A DNA stretch of 64,000 nt from Octopus sinensis. Its lineage: Eukaryota. Below, piece after piece: positions 39,353 to 53,870 of the stretch. Position 1 is the stretch's first letter; every line of letters starts with the position of its first letter. Under the pieces are notes generated by a model. That model was not told where the DNA came from, did not search any database, and was given only the letters and a program-made list of their open reading frames with translations. A program made the position numbers and the translations under genes. The DNA is taken from the NCBI RefSeq assembly GCF_006345805.1, contig NC_043001.1:131502001-131566000 (forward strand). Reading direction: 5' to 3'.

Positions 39353-41346
39353 TTAAGAGAAATATTGTTTGGTTGGCTGAGGCCTAGGCAAAGTATTCTT
39401 GGTAAATATAGCTGCTTATTTTATGAAATCTTTTTTATCATTAGGAATAAAATATTAAAAAAAAAACTCTATTTTCATAATTATTTGTAAATTATAAAGA
39501 CAGGTGATAGAAATAGCCATGTGTCAAACTAAATGCCTTGCAATATTCAGTTGTTACAAAGGTTGACTTCGCCTTTCATTCTTCTGATAGCAGTAAGTGG
39601 CTGTCAAATACTGGTGTAGGTTTGATTCAGTCACTGATCCCCCAGAGTGTTAGTTTTGTGCTAGTCACTATTATTATTATTTTTAATAAAGGAAGGACTG
39701 GGGTAGTTTCATAAGGAATAGAGTGTCTAAGTAAATGCCTTGTGATATTTACTGATATCCTTTTTATGTTCTAAGTTTAAACCTTGCTGAAGATGAACTT
39801 TGTTCATCTCCCCAGGATTACTCAAATAATTACCTTCCATGTACTAGAACCTGTTTGATTTAATTGACCATATCCTCTCCCCTAACAAAGATGTGATCTT
39901 GTGTGCTAAAGTTAGAAATCATTTTGTTTTAGTTTTGCTAGAATCATCAGAATCATTTCTTTAGATTTACATGTGCTTACATACATTACCAGCAATTAAT
40001 GCTTGTTACCTTAAACTTCTTTCAACGGCCCTCTATAGAGTTAAATGAAAGATAAAGTTATTCTTTTTTAAATGCCCGATTACGAAAGAAGATATTGCAA
40101 ATGAAAGGTGATAATCATCTTAATCAACCAGTTAGCTGTGTTATGCTATACATAATAAATACACAAATATACTCTAGTTTGTTATTCTATGATAGGTGGC
40201 ATTAAACTGAGAATTTTATTGCCTGTCCTGGATGGATTGATGGATATATGGATATGCGGATGGATATATAGATTGATGCCAGCTGCTTTTGAATATTTGC
40301 AAAACATTTTTCATGTATTCGTTTTTTAAAAAGAAATTTGTTGATTCATTTTAATTATTTTATAATTTTTGTTAATATGTTATATCTTTTTAAAAATAAT
40401 TTTTCCTCGTGTTATCATATTCATCATCATTATTATTTAATTATTTAATGTCCCATTTTTTTAGTCCTACATTGGCATGGGTTGCATGGGTTTGCTGTAC
40501 AGCAATATCACTACTCCTTTTGGTCCTTTGTTATCTCGTCCTGAGATCTGGTATCCTGAGATCTGAAGGCTCTTTCCACTTTTATTTTACTTATACTTTT
40601 GTGTTTCATCATTTGTCTTTCATTTTCTATTTGCTATTTTACTTCATTTATAACTTATTTGCTGGTGTGTTTGTGCTTTTGCTTGTGCATGTGAGAGTAT
40701 ACTTATATAAGGGAGTGTGTGTGTGTGTGCACACATGCATGTGTGCATGTGTATATATGTACAGATTTACTCTGCATGTGGTCTGTGTGTATCTGTGTCT
40801 TTTGCTATCTTGTCTCTCTCACAGTTTCTTTCTGTTTGTCTCTCCCTCACTCCATACACACACACACACACATATACACTTTTGGTCTCATATATATATA
40901 TATATGTACACGAGTGTGTGTGTGTGTGTGTAAATATATATATATATAATACATTGAATGTATTCATGGATATGATATGTGTATATGTATGTATTATGTA
41001 TGTACCTATTACACATGCTTTTGTGTGTTTCTTACATATATACATATATATTGCATATATCTTACATGTGTGTATGGAGTATGGTATATATATTCATGCA
41101 TGTGTGTGTGTGTGTGTGTGTGTGTGTAATGTGCTGTATTTTACAGTTGGAGAAACTGGTGTGTGTGTGTGTATGTTACATTTGCTGCTATTCTGCACTA
41201 AGCATTGATCAAAGACACAAATATACACCAATCTCAGGCTTTGCATCTCTCGCTCTGCATGAATGTATCTATATGTTTCTATATTGGTCTACAAGTGTTT
41301 ATGTGAGTGCACACACGTGCACATGCGTGCGCATACACACACACAC

Positions 41347-41393
<47 letters not shown>

Positions 41394-41637
41394 ATATATA
41401 TCTGCTTGCATATTTGTTTGTGAAACTTGAAACTGAGTAGCTTAAGCTTGCTCATTGAAGAGCAAGTAGTCCTGCTTAGACAGTGCTTTAGTGGTGGTGG
41501 TGGTGGTGGTGGTGGTAGTTGTTAGTTGGTGTGGGGTGATGTTGCTAGTGGGTAATTGTAGTACAGGATGAAGTAGTGATAGCAGTAGCAGCAGCAGCAG
41601 CACTAGTTGTAACATTTGTAATAGCAGCAGCAGCAGT

Positions 41638-41639
<2 letters not shown>

Positions 41640-41672
<33 letters not shown>

Positions 41673-41767
41673 TAGTAGTAGTAGTAGTAGAGTAGTAGTA
41701 GTAGTAGTAAGTAGTAGTAGTAGTTAGTAGTAGTAGTAGTAGTAGTAGTAGTGTAGTAGTAGTAGTA

Positions 41768-41801
<34 letters not shown>

Positions 41802-41820
41802 TAGTAGTAGTAGTAGTTAG
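41640..41820. repeat. (AGT)n microsatellite with single-base interruptions
   Basis: Direct reading. Confidence 0.95.
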
Positions 41821-41920
41821 TTTATTCTTTCTTGTGAAGGTGGGTGTTTTTCATTGGTTGAAAAGAGGGGTATGCATGTGTGCATTTATATATGTGTGTG
41901 TATATATATATATATAATAT

Positions 41921-42004
<84 letters not shown>

Positions 42005-42719
42005 AGTATGTATGAATGGATGCTGAGAAAGGGATGGTATGAGGGAGTAGAAATAGTGGGAGGTAAGCAAGTAATGCAAGGCAGTGTTTTGGGAGAAACA
42101 TGAATATTGATATTATTTTATTTACATTTTTAAAATTTATTTTACTTCAAATCTTTTGGTGCTTCTACTACTACTACACTACTACAGATAATAATAGATA
42201 CTGTTGCTTCTACTACTAATACTATTACTACTACTTCTACTACTACTGCTGCTGCTGCTACAATTATTGCAGCTAATATTACTACAAGTTGTAGGGGGTG
42301 GTCTTGGATAGTTCAAAGACTAACAGATACAACTGCATCTTAATTTAAATCAATAATGACCAGTTCTTTATTTGCCAGAAGATCAACAAACAGGAATATT
42401 ACAATGCGACATATTTTTTTTTACATTGGTACAGGGTAAAACACCACCACACTATTCGTGGGTTTTTTGTTGGTGTATATTTGTTTTATTCTTTATTTCG
42501 TTTACTTTTCTACAAGTTTCAGTCATTGTAGTATGGCCATGTTGAGATAGGCTCTCCTTTATGCTTTAGTAAATCAAATTGACCCAAGTGCTTATCTCAG
42601 TCTGTTTTTTGTTTTGACAATCCCTATTTATCAAATGGCCAGGTAACATTTTCGTTAAGCGATACGTCACCAGTTTACACCAGAGAACATAAACACAAAC
42701 ATGAACATGGAAACATATA

Positions 42720-42948
42720 TATTTCTTTACTACCCACGAGGGGCTAAACATAGAGAGGACAAACAAGGACAAAGGGATTAAGTCGATTACATCGACTCCA
42801 GTGCGTAACTGGTACTTTATTTATCGACCCCGAAAGGATGAAAGGCAAAGTCGACCTCGGCGAAATTTGAACTCGGAACGTAATGACAGACGAGATACGG
42901 CTGCGCATTTCGCCCGGCGTGCTAACGTTTCTGCCAGCTCGACACCCT
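42720..42948 (-). mobile_element. Young SINE of the second family with TSD
   Basis: Highly similar to 29034-29263; 16-bp TSD aacatggaaacatata at 42704-42719 and 42949-42964. Confidence 0.92.
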
Positions 42949-43948
42949 AACATGGAAACATATAGGTGTGTGTGTGTGTATGTGTGCATACACACACATG
43001 CACAAGGGAGACAATCACACATTTTCCACCCACCAAATCCACTAACAAGTGTCGGTAAATGCAAAGTTACAGTAGAAGGCACATGCTTAATGTTCCATGT
43101 AGCAGAATTGAAGACAAACCCATGTGGCCATGTCTGCATCTATATATGTACAAAAATAATGATTATGATAATAATTTCACACAAGATGATATATTTCAAA
43201 GAAATGAGATTATATCGACCTAAGTACAGGACTGGCACTTATTTTAATGACCACTTGAGGATGAAAAGCAAATCGATTTCCGTGGGATTTGGTCTCAAAA
43301 TATAATAGACATTAGCAAATACTGCAAGGAATTTTATCCATCATCTACCAAAACTAATGCTTGCTCACACACACACACATTCACTCACTTATCTGTACAC
43401 ATATATATATATATTGCATACAGATACATACACACACATACACATAACATACATATACACATGTATGTAATTATATATGTGTGTGTATGTTTGTGTGTGT
43501 GTGTATTTTATGTTTGAACTAAAGTAAGCTTTTTGTTTGTTATGATCATAAAGCATTGTACTAAGATGTCCATGTAATGGCAAAACAGGAAATGGCTACT
43601 GTTTCACCATCCTTTGTAGTTTATTCTCCCACATTATCTAGCTTTCATATTTATAATATTTTTTTAATTAATTAGCAATAATGGTAGTCTCTGATTTAGG
43701 CACAAGGTACATAGTTTTGAGAGTTGGGATAGAGGTCACGGTAGGGTTTATTTGATTATATTTCAGAACTACAATTGTGGAAGGATGAAAGCTAAAATTC
43801 CCTTTGGTGGGATTTGAACTCAGGACAAATGCTACTTTTCTTTTACTCAATGGAGGACCCCAACTGCACATATAAAAAGCAGGGCAAAGTTGCATTTTAT
43901 ATGCTGTAAAATATGGATATTAATATGTGTGTATATGTATGTATATGC

Positions 43949-43980
<32 letters not shown>

Positions 43981-44414
43981 ATATGTATGTATGTATATAT
44001 ACACACACATACATGTACATATGCATAATTATGCACACAATATATATCAATATCTATTTATATATAATACTTATCTCTCTCTCAATCAATCAATCTATTT
44101 ATCTATCAATGCAGCCACACACACACACACACACACACTCACACACAGAGGCACACATATATAAAGACAGACAGACAAGCAGGCAGATGTGTGTGTGTGT
44201 GTGTATACTGCGTATTGTATATATATTTTGTGCATACAAATTATTATTCCATAAATCTTTATGTACCATCAATAAGGAAACGTCTGATTTTCATTTTAGC
44301 TGTTTCAGATATATTTCCAGAAATTAAAAAAATTTTATTGAGATAATGTAATTCAAAAATGAGATTAATGTATTCAACTGATATCCCTCCTCCTCCTCCT
44401 CTGCTACCACCACC

Positions 44415-44448
<34 letters not shown>

Positions 44449-44643
44449 TCAACAGCAACAACAATATGAAATACCATTTATCATTTGTACTGTATCAAAT
44501 TTTTTTAAAGTATTTCATCGTAATTTAATGTTTGATTACATTTAAAGCTTATTACTTTTTGATAAAATATTTGCAAACTGGCAGTGAATTTAGAGACCTG
44601 GTTGTATCCTTTCTTTTACAACCCTAATTTCATCACAAAGGAT

Positions 44644-44692
<49 letters not shown>

Positions 44693-46768
44693 TGCATACA
44701 CACAATGTATATGTAGGCATATAAAACTATATAAAGAGTATCCAATACTAAGTGTTGAGCACTCTAATTTACTATAAGGTGAAACTTGATAAACCTTTAC
44801 TTTTAGTTCCTTGATATCAGACTTTGGACATATATCAGTAATGAGAAACTTGGAATTATGATCTGTGAAATTTCAGTTGATATTAATCTATCTGTGTATC
44901 CATGTTATGAATGCAAACATTTATCTCTCTGTCTGTCTGTGTGTCCATCTATACATTTTTCAAGGTTTTCTCATGCTGTCTCTCTTCATTTATGTTCTCC
45001 ATTTTCTCATTTCAAGATTTTGAAATTATAAATATATTTTACTGACTATGTCATTTATGAATTTGACTACATGATAAAGTCAGTTGAAGCCCTAACATCA
45101 CTCTTATAAGCTATCCCTACACTGTTTGTGTGGTTGCATATTTGTGTAGTTTGTCTCCAACTTTAAGGATTCATTTGTGCCATTGAAATTCCAGTTAACC
45201 ATCTTTGTTTGGCTAATTGATTATGCATGCCCAACAACCTACTGGCAACAAGTTGATTGAACAAAAGCAGTTTTTTTTCTTTCACAACAATACAAAGAAA
45301 ATATTTTGAGTAAAATATATCAGCTGCCTTAAAAAAGCTAAAGTTTAAAATTTTTGAAATCATATTTCTTCTGGTAATTATGTAGCTAATACATTAAGTG
45401 ATATTTTCAGTATCTGGTAAATGTCAGACAGTTGAGATAGGCTTTTGGCAAGCTGATTTTAGAATTCAGCCTTGTCTCTTCTTTGTAGATATTTCATTTC
45501 AATTCTCCCCACTTTTTTCTGGCACTTACAGCTTGATTATTTTATAATGAGAGTTAAAGTAGGTTTTTCCAGTAGATATTAACGAAGTTTTTCTCAGTAG
45601 AAATTCTACTCTCAAGGTTGATGTACCTAAAATAACTTTTCCAGCTTCTTTCAATGTCTTGTTTCCCAAGCTTGAGTGGGTCAGACAAGAGTAAGTTGGG
45701 GCAGAGTTTTTACAGTCAGACACCCTTCATGACACCAGCCTTCACTTGTTTCCACCTGTTTACAAAGATCATGCAACATGTCAAGATATGTTAACTTGGA
45801 CACACTTTTGCAGTAAACTGCATGAACATTACACTGTCCACACAATGCACAAACAGTGAGGCCATAATTTACGATCAGCAAACACACAGGAAGATCAGGG
45901 TAAATATGAACTCACTCACAAATGCACACAGAAACATTTTGTCGGCATATGGTTGTCTCATGAACACAAGGAAATAAAACACTCCAAAAATGCCATTATA
46001 TTTGCTTCTTGTGAATTGCTTGTGTCTTATAATATGTCTTAAAACTTTTTTCCCTTAATTATTAGTCAAATAGGCAAAAGCACTTGAAAGATGTGAGTTG
46101 CAGATGTAAACACATGCACACACACTAACCTGCACGTGTTCACACACACACACGCACAAACACACATTATATGAAAGGCTTATTTTTCCTTGTAAGTTTG
46201 AGTGGCAATGTAGACCCTCACTTTATATGGTAGGTGAAATAATTCATAATTGTAACTCAGTGGGATTGTTTACAAATTCATTGACAGGAAGGGCCAAATG
46301 GGGAAAATCTATCTGTAATAGACCAATTCTCTTGAGCACTTAATACTATGAAGCATAGAAAAATAGAGTGGCTGGAATATTTCCTTTTGTTTTGCATTGT
46401 TTGACCAGGATATACTTGAATGAGGACAGGTGTTTTAGAATATTTTATAGGATTTGAACACAGAAATAAGAGACATCAAGCATGAAGTGCCACAAATATC
46501 AGGAACCAGTAATATAATGGTTTCTGTACAATCTTCTAACACACTTTCCTTCAAAAACTGATCAAAGTACCTAGAAAAGAAATCCTGACTACTATTGTTC
46601 TTGTTATTTTTATTCTTCATACTTTTTTTGTTTTTTACTCACCTTGTTAATATCCTTGGGGTAAAAAAGGCAAAGTTAACACATCTTCATAATTTTCTTT
46701 TCTTTTTATACAAATAGCATCAGATTTCATGCTTGACTAAAGACTGTATTATTCTTTTATTGTACATA

Positions 46769-48035
46769 CAGGGGGTTGACAAAATAATGGAAACACCTTA
46801 AAATTTCAAACAAATTTATTTTAACATGGGGTAGGACCGCCTTTGGCAGTAATTACAGCTTGAATTTTATGAGGTATGGACTCATACAAAGTTTGAATTG
46901 TTTCCAAAGGAATTTTTGTCCATTCTTCAGCTAAAACAGTCTCCAGTTCTTGTAATGATGATGGTGGAGGATAGCTACTCCTTACTTCTTCTTCTAAAAT
47001 GCACCATAAATGTGCAATAATATTGAGATGTGGGGACTGTGGTGGCCAGATAAGATGTCCAACTTCACTAGAATGTTTCTCATGCCATTCACTAACAACT
47101 TTAGCTGTATGAATTGGTGCATTATCACTCTGAAAGATTTTGTTTCCTGCAAGAAACAGTTCTGCAACCATACGATGAATTTGATCAGATAAAATGCTTA
47201 AATAATCTTGACTATTAATTCTGCCATGAAGGGAAACCATTTGGCTGGCGGATTTCCAAGATACAGCCCCCCTTTTCAGATCATCACAAGATCTTCCTAC
47301 ATGTTTAACAGTTGGAAGAAGGCAGTCTGGGTCAAATGCTTCTTTTGGCTGTCTCCACACATATACTCAGCTAGTGATTGGAAATAAGGTAAAGGATGAG
47401 AAAATAACATTCTTCCTCTGCTCTAGGGACCAATTCTGTAGGATTTACTCCACTCAAAATTCTTTGCAACATTTGTTTTTGAAGGTAGTGGTTTTCTGAT
47501 TGCAGGCCTTCCATGAAATCTGGCTTTGTGCAGTTCCCAGTGAACAGTTTTTGTGGAAACAAGATTCTCAAGGTGGTCATTAAGCTCTGCAATAATTTCG
47601 GGAGCTGTACTTTTGTGACCCTTTCGAACAATTCACGTAAGAGTCTGATGGTCCCTATTTGAAAGTTTAGGTTTTCTTCTGGAGTTATGTTTCGATGAGG
47701 AAGTTTTTCCATCTTTCTCAAAGGCTGTCATTACTTTCAAGACAAAACTTCTTGATACACCAAACATTTTGGCTGTTTTTGTTATGCTAGCACCTGCCAT
47801 ACGAGCACCAACAATTTGACTTGTTTAAAAGTCCAATAGATCTGTCACTTTAATGAATTTTAATTACCTTTATCTGATGATATTTGAAAAGAAATAGCAA
47901 TTTTAGCAAAACACATTAAGCAACACTAGTAATAAATCAAAAAACAAAAATAAACAAGCATTTGATGGTTTTATAGATATTTCAAAATTATGATGTCATG
48001 ATGCTAGGTGTTTCCATTATTTTGTCCAATCTTTG
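46769..48035 (-). mobile_element. Full-length Tc1/mariner DNA transposon (about 1.27 kb), inactive
   Basis: TA flanks at 46767-46768 and 48036-48037. 30-bp TIRs cagggggttgacaaaataatggaaacacct / aggtgtttccattattttgtccaatctttg (25/30 match, inner 21 perfect). Transposase remnant inside. Confidence 0.93.
46821..47848 (-). pseudogene. Tc1-family transposase pseudogene
   Basis: Minus strand reads VTDLLDF*TSQIVGARMAGASITKTAKMFGVSRS...GRPAIRKPL and, after a frameshift/deletion, ...FQSDNAPIHTAKVV...WPPQSPHLNIIAHLW...VITAKGGPT. Start codon mutated to GTG; stops at 47825-47827 and 47633-47635; first catalytic D region deleted; catalytic E replaced by A. Confidence 0.9.
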
Positions 48036-51000
48036 TATAAATATATTTTTTCTTAAGGGAAGAAACTTTTCATGTTGTACTTTCTGTTCTCCCTCAGGGT
48101 TGCATTGAAAAAAACAACAACAAAAAAAAACTAATATTTAATGTTTATTCTGATTATATTGAGAAATACTAAACACATAAAAGTATATACTCAACATTTT
48201 GAAGATGACATTTTATATCTGTAGCAAATGGATTTTATTTATTTGCTGCTGTCTCTTCTTTAGAGCCCCTAACTTAATTTTAATGAAGAATTAAATTCTC
48301 AAATAACTAAGAGATGGTTGTAAAATAACACCCATCAATTACAGGAAAAACTTACTTTAATAATAATAATAATAAGAAGAAGAAGAAGAAGAATAGCTAT
48401 CTTTTTTATAATGCCATAGATTTGTAAGGGAAGAGTATATTCAATGGAATTACTGGTACATATTTAGCTATCTCTGGGGGAATGAAGAATAAACTGTCCT
48501 TGATAGAATTTGAATTCAGAAATTAGGTTTTGGCATAATCAAGCACTGCAAGGCATTTAGTCCTGCATTCTTCCATTTCTGACACTCCACTTTCTTCATC
48601 ATCATCACAACAGCAGCAGTTGCAGTAGCACAAACAACAACATCAGCAAAAGGCATTAAATAGACTTCATTATTAAAAGTTAAAGCTCTAAAGTAATATT
48701 TTTGTTGTTTTATATTCTTAATTTTCTTCATGATTCTGTTTGTGATTTTTCTTGTCCAATTATAACTACTAGCATGGTGGAGGTAGATGAAAGTTATATG
48801 GAAAGCATTAAACCATATTAATTCTAACCATGATAGTCTTAATAGTTCTTTTTTGCCCCTCCTTACTTTCTTCTATCACTCACAGTTTGAATATTTTATA
48901 ACAGAAGTTAAAGTTAACACCTCCTGTAAGTTTTTCTCATAAGAAATTCTACTCTTGAGGCTGGATGTACCTAAAACTCTTTGAAATATTCTGCCAACCT
49001 GAAGCCCAAAGCATGCTCAGCTAGAATAAAGTTTATATTGTTCCTAATTTAGCTTGTTAATTAAAAGCTAGATAGTCAAACTTGCTTTCTCTGCACCAGT
49101 ATGATGTTGAACTAATTAGGCCGTACTTTAAGTTTCTAATTAGAGGAAAAGATGAATAGTAACGTTTGACTTTCATAGTTCTTTAAATATGTTGTTCAAA
49201 AGCAAAGCATTTCTTGTGTGTTCAAGTGGTTATCGGTCAATGTATGTGTTTTGATATTTATTTCCTTGTGATCAAATATTACAAATTTAGGATATAGGCG
49301 AAGATTGATGCCATTGCTTGATAAACTTTGTAATTTTAAGAGGCTTTTGATTGTCACATATACCAATGTCTGATCATGTGATGTTTGATTGGAATTTCAT
49401 AATAGAGAAACTAGAAATTAAATTGATTATCTGAGGGTTACCTAGATTTTATTTCTATATTATTTAATTCTTTTTTATTTGAGTAATATATACTTTGATT
49501 TACCATGTCTTTGGAGGTTTTATGTACACTATATTTCAACTGGTATATTTTCCAGTCATTTTTATGTGCCATGTTTTTAAATCATTTAAACACACATGTA
49601 TGTGTATGAATGCATCCTTGGGCTGTTTTATAGAAACAATAATACATTGTATTAAATTTTAAAGGAACTAATTTCATTCTTCTATATTCTGAGTTCAAAT
49701 CCTACTGGGGTTAACATCATTTTTATTGTATCCTTCCAGGATCAAACAGAATAATTACTTGTCATGTCCTTAGATTTATATCTGATTGGCTATATCTTTC
49801 CGCCATAGGTGTGTGACTATGCAATTATAAAATGATTATTTACAAATTTTAGAATTTGAATGCTTTTATCTTCTTGAAGTCAATCAGAAAATTTAGAGTT
49901 ACTGAACAAAAGTTACATAAAACAATCTACCAGAGAATGTTCTAATGTGATATCTTTGGAAAAATATCAAAAAACAGAAAAGGTGGTTGCAGATGGTGGT
50001 ATGTGAAATAAAAAGAATATGCTAAATGAACCTGATTTTCATTTTGGTTAAAGCAGTGCCTATGTTCCTGACTCTATAAGCAACTGTAAATAAAATCAAA
50101 TAGGCGACATACAATACATTTGCTACTACAACTGGAATATTTTTATTCTAACAGATATTCTTCTTTTGTGAATAGGTTTGATTTATAAAAAAAAAATTTA
50201 TAGTTACAGGAATCAAATATTTTGATTGAGAAAAAAATTGAGTTTAATATTTTTAAAATTTCCCATTTACATAAAATAGAAATCAGGAATTTTTATTATT
50301 TCTATAGAAGCCGAAGTGGATAATGCTCTGTTTGGAATCAAGGTTCAATCAAAATTTTTCTCACAAACCTGACAGAATATTCCTAGTATGGCTGAGGAGT
50401 ACATACCTCAAGAGAGTGTTCTACAGATCAGATACAAGTATAGTAGGGCTGCATATATGTAATATAGTGAAGTGAAAAACTTTATTCAACAGAGATTATA
50501 TAAAGAGTGTTTAAAATATAAAAATAAGCAAGAGAAATCCAGTAACATCACATTATTGGAAGTTTTGGAAGACAGAGACTCTACAGGATAGACTGGATTT
50601 TACTTTAGACTAGCTAGCAAAATCAATGGGCATGTTTTGGTATTATTAGACCTCTTCATTGAAGCATATTCTACTTAGTTGGAATATAGTCAATATATTT
50701 ATATATATGTTTATCCAAATAGTTGGTTGCTTAGGATATGATGAGATCGGTTCATTGAAATTTAGGACAATATAAACAATGCAAATTGGAGCAGAGGGTG
50801 ATTTTTAAACCAGCTAGTGGTAGCAGTATTCATATTTTTCTCTTAGCAGAAAAATATTCTACTTGGCAAGTCTAAGAGTGATTAAAATATGTATGGGAAC
50901 ATGAATATCAACAATATGGCTAGGAGAAAACACTTCAGAGGAGTGTTCTGCAATGCAAATACTGTAGGGTCTCACATATGTAATATAGTGAGTTGAAAAA

Positions 51001-52214
51001 CTTGTTTAGCAAATTACTAAATAAAGTAAGTTAATAATTAAAATAAAAATACTAATGATATATATAAAAGAAATAGTTCAAGCTAATTGACTCTCAATTG
51101 CCATAATTGTTCTTCTATTGCCACATATACTAAATAAGTAGGTAAATGAATTCACTTTCATCAGTATCAATTTTTACATCCATTTCCCATGCTGATTTTA
51201 GTTGGGCCCGCTGTACAAGTTTTTCATTCACAATAATCTTATATCAATACTATCACTTTTACCTGTTGTATGACATACAGAAGTTTCATCGATACAGTTG
51301 GCTGTTACTTCAATTACATTATATCTCTTGAGGTCTCGGCTGAGGTTTCATTCAAATGGATGCCCTACCTGCAGCCAACCACTGAGAGAGTCTAGTTTTG
51401 TCTAATGTGGCACCAAGATTAAAGCAGCTGTTTACATGCTTGCAAAACTGGAACTATCTCCTGTTCATATTAATTTCAGGTCTTTTCTTATATCTATATT
51501 TTCCACTGGTTTTAAACAACAAAATTCAGCCTTTATATCTTTTAGAATTACCTTGGGATTAGTTATAAATAAATACACATTTCAAATGATCAATCTTTAT
51601 TTCTTAAGTGTTTTGAAGATGTGTTTCTTGAGGCTTTTAAATATACGACACCTATGCTGCCCTCAGAATGATCTACAGACACTGTAGAATACCTCTGGCC
51701 ACAATGTTAATTCATGACAGATGCACTTGAGCTGAATAACTCACTCAGCCATTGTATCTTCTGTACAAAATTATCCATTTTTATTCAGCTTATCAAGTAA
51801 AGTCATTAATCTTACTCCCTGTCACTCTTTCTCTCACTCTCTTCATTTCTCTCTCTCTCTCTCTCTCCCTCCCTCCCTCCCTCCTGCTTTTTAGGTATAT
51901 TCTATTTCTTTTAAGTGAATTTCAATATTACTCAATGCTATTTTTAATTATTTTCTCAATAAAGCACAAAACGAAAATATTATATCTGTCTTTTCATATT
52001 TCTCAACATAAGGTTTAACATAGAGCTTTGTGCCTTTGTGGCCAAAATAACATTATCAGAACTGATTCATTAATTAAACTTTCTCCTCATTTCCTACACA
52101 TGAACTTGTTTCACTCAAATCATGTCTCAGTAACTTAGTTAAACCTTATACATTCTGTCATAATGTTTGTTTATTTCATTCACTCATACATTTATTATTA
52201 TTATTATTGTTATT

Positions 52215-52271
<57 letters not shown>

Positions 52272-53125
52272 TTTATTATTTAATTTATATATTTAATATT
52301 CTAAATAAATTTCATTTATTTATTTTTGCTTAACGCACTCAAGTAAGTTAGAATCGATTTTAATCCTTTATCATACAAGCAGTCAAATTTCCTCATTTCA
52401 CATTCTGTTGATTTTGATGGATTTCTTTTTTAGTTTTTAAGTTTTCATATTTTTTAACTGCATTTAAAAAAATTCTTTTTTTATAGTGATTTATCTATTT
52501 TAGCATTTTATTTTTTTTATAATTCTGGATCCAGTATGACTGCTTGTTAGAATCCAATATTGACATTTACTGGCAATGAATGGATGAATGAATGAGGATG
52601 AGGATGATGAGGATGATATTGATGATGATAATGATGATGATCTGATTATGATGATCAAAATTGGGATCATGATTTTGATTGATAATGATAATAATGGTTA
52701 TGGTAGTAGTGGAGATAGTAGTGGGGTGGGCCAATGTATTTCGGTAGATAAACGTAGCATAATACTTAAAGAAAAAAAAAAGGAAAGTTTTTATTCAGTT
52801 TCTGTAATTGCTATAAATGTTTCATGGCTAGCTATACATATGCATGTATGCATATCTAGGCATGTGTGTGTGTGGGGTATGTATCTGCATGTGCGCATGT
52901 GTGTGTGTGTGTGTGGTATTAAAATGCAAACTGTATAAAAAATATAAAAGTGGCCACAGTGTAATAAAATTAAAAGTATAATTTTTTTCTTTTACGAAAA
53001 TTGGTTTCCTTCAAAATCCATACTACCTATATACAAGTTCGGGCCTTTTATCTAAATTGGCGAGTACCAACTTCTTGACTGCTTCTGTCCTGAGCTTCTG
53101 TTTACGTACATGTGTGTATGTGATT

Positions 53126-53370
53126 TTCAACACTACCACCGTTCACCACTTCTCTCTCTCTATCATCTTCATTAATTTCTCTTTCTCTCATCTTCACTGC
53201 TGCTATTATTGTGTATGTGTATGTACCACTCTCTCTCTCTCTCTCTCACCTTTAACACTTTACTATCTTTTTCATCTTCGACACTGCTACCTTTCTCTCT
53301 TATTTTCTCTTCAACACTGTCACTCACTGCATTTCTATGTGCATCTCTCTCCTACCTGTAATACTGCCAA

Positions 53371-53420
<50 letters not shown>

Positions 53421-53870
53421 TCTTGCTCTTTCTCCCTCTCATCTTTAACATTGCCAATAGTGTGTGTAGAGAGAGCATTTTTCTCTCACTTTTAAACACT
53501 ACCAATACACTCCCTCTTTCCCCATCCCCCTCTCCTCTTCAACACTGCCAATATTCTCCCTTTTTTTCTCTTTAACACTGCTATTATTGTATTCATCTCT
53601 TCTTCAATGCTAACACTATTCCCCATGCCGCTGTCTCTCTCATATTCAACACTACTACTGTGATGCTCACCTATCCCCATTTCCTCCCATCAGCAATACT
53701 AACAGCCACTATTTTGTCATACTCTATAACTCTTTCCATTATTCTCTTTGTTTCTCCTCTTCTCCATCTATCTATACCTATCACTGTCTATTTCTCACTC
53801 TCCCTTTCTCACTCTCCCTTTCTCTCTCTCTCCTTTCTCCCTAGTCTTCAACAACACCACACTAACTCTC
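53126..53870. repeat. Degenerate CT-rich minisatellite with recurring TT(C/T)AACACTGC(C/T)A-like motif
   Basis: Motif variants recur at about 53126, 53310, 53444, 53491, 53538, 53571, 53645 and others, separated by CT-rich spacers. Confidence 0.65.

Noticed and set aside
47371-47721. 116-aa minus-strand ORF inside the Tc1 element
   Set aside because: Off-frame shadow; the transposase-like frame is the neighbouring one, which contains stops.
45550-51010. Scattered related fragments (45550-45640 / 48900-48985; 50400-50490 / 50930-51010)
   Set aside because: Clearly old repeat debris, but the ends, TSD and class could not be defined well enough to annotate.
53126-53870. CRISPR-like repeat-spacer appearance
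   Set aside because: Repeats are short and degenerate, spacers are low-complexity and of variable length, there are no cas genes, and the context is eukaryotic.
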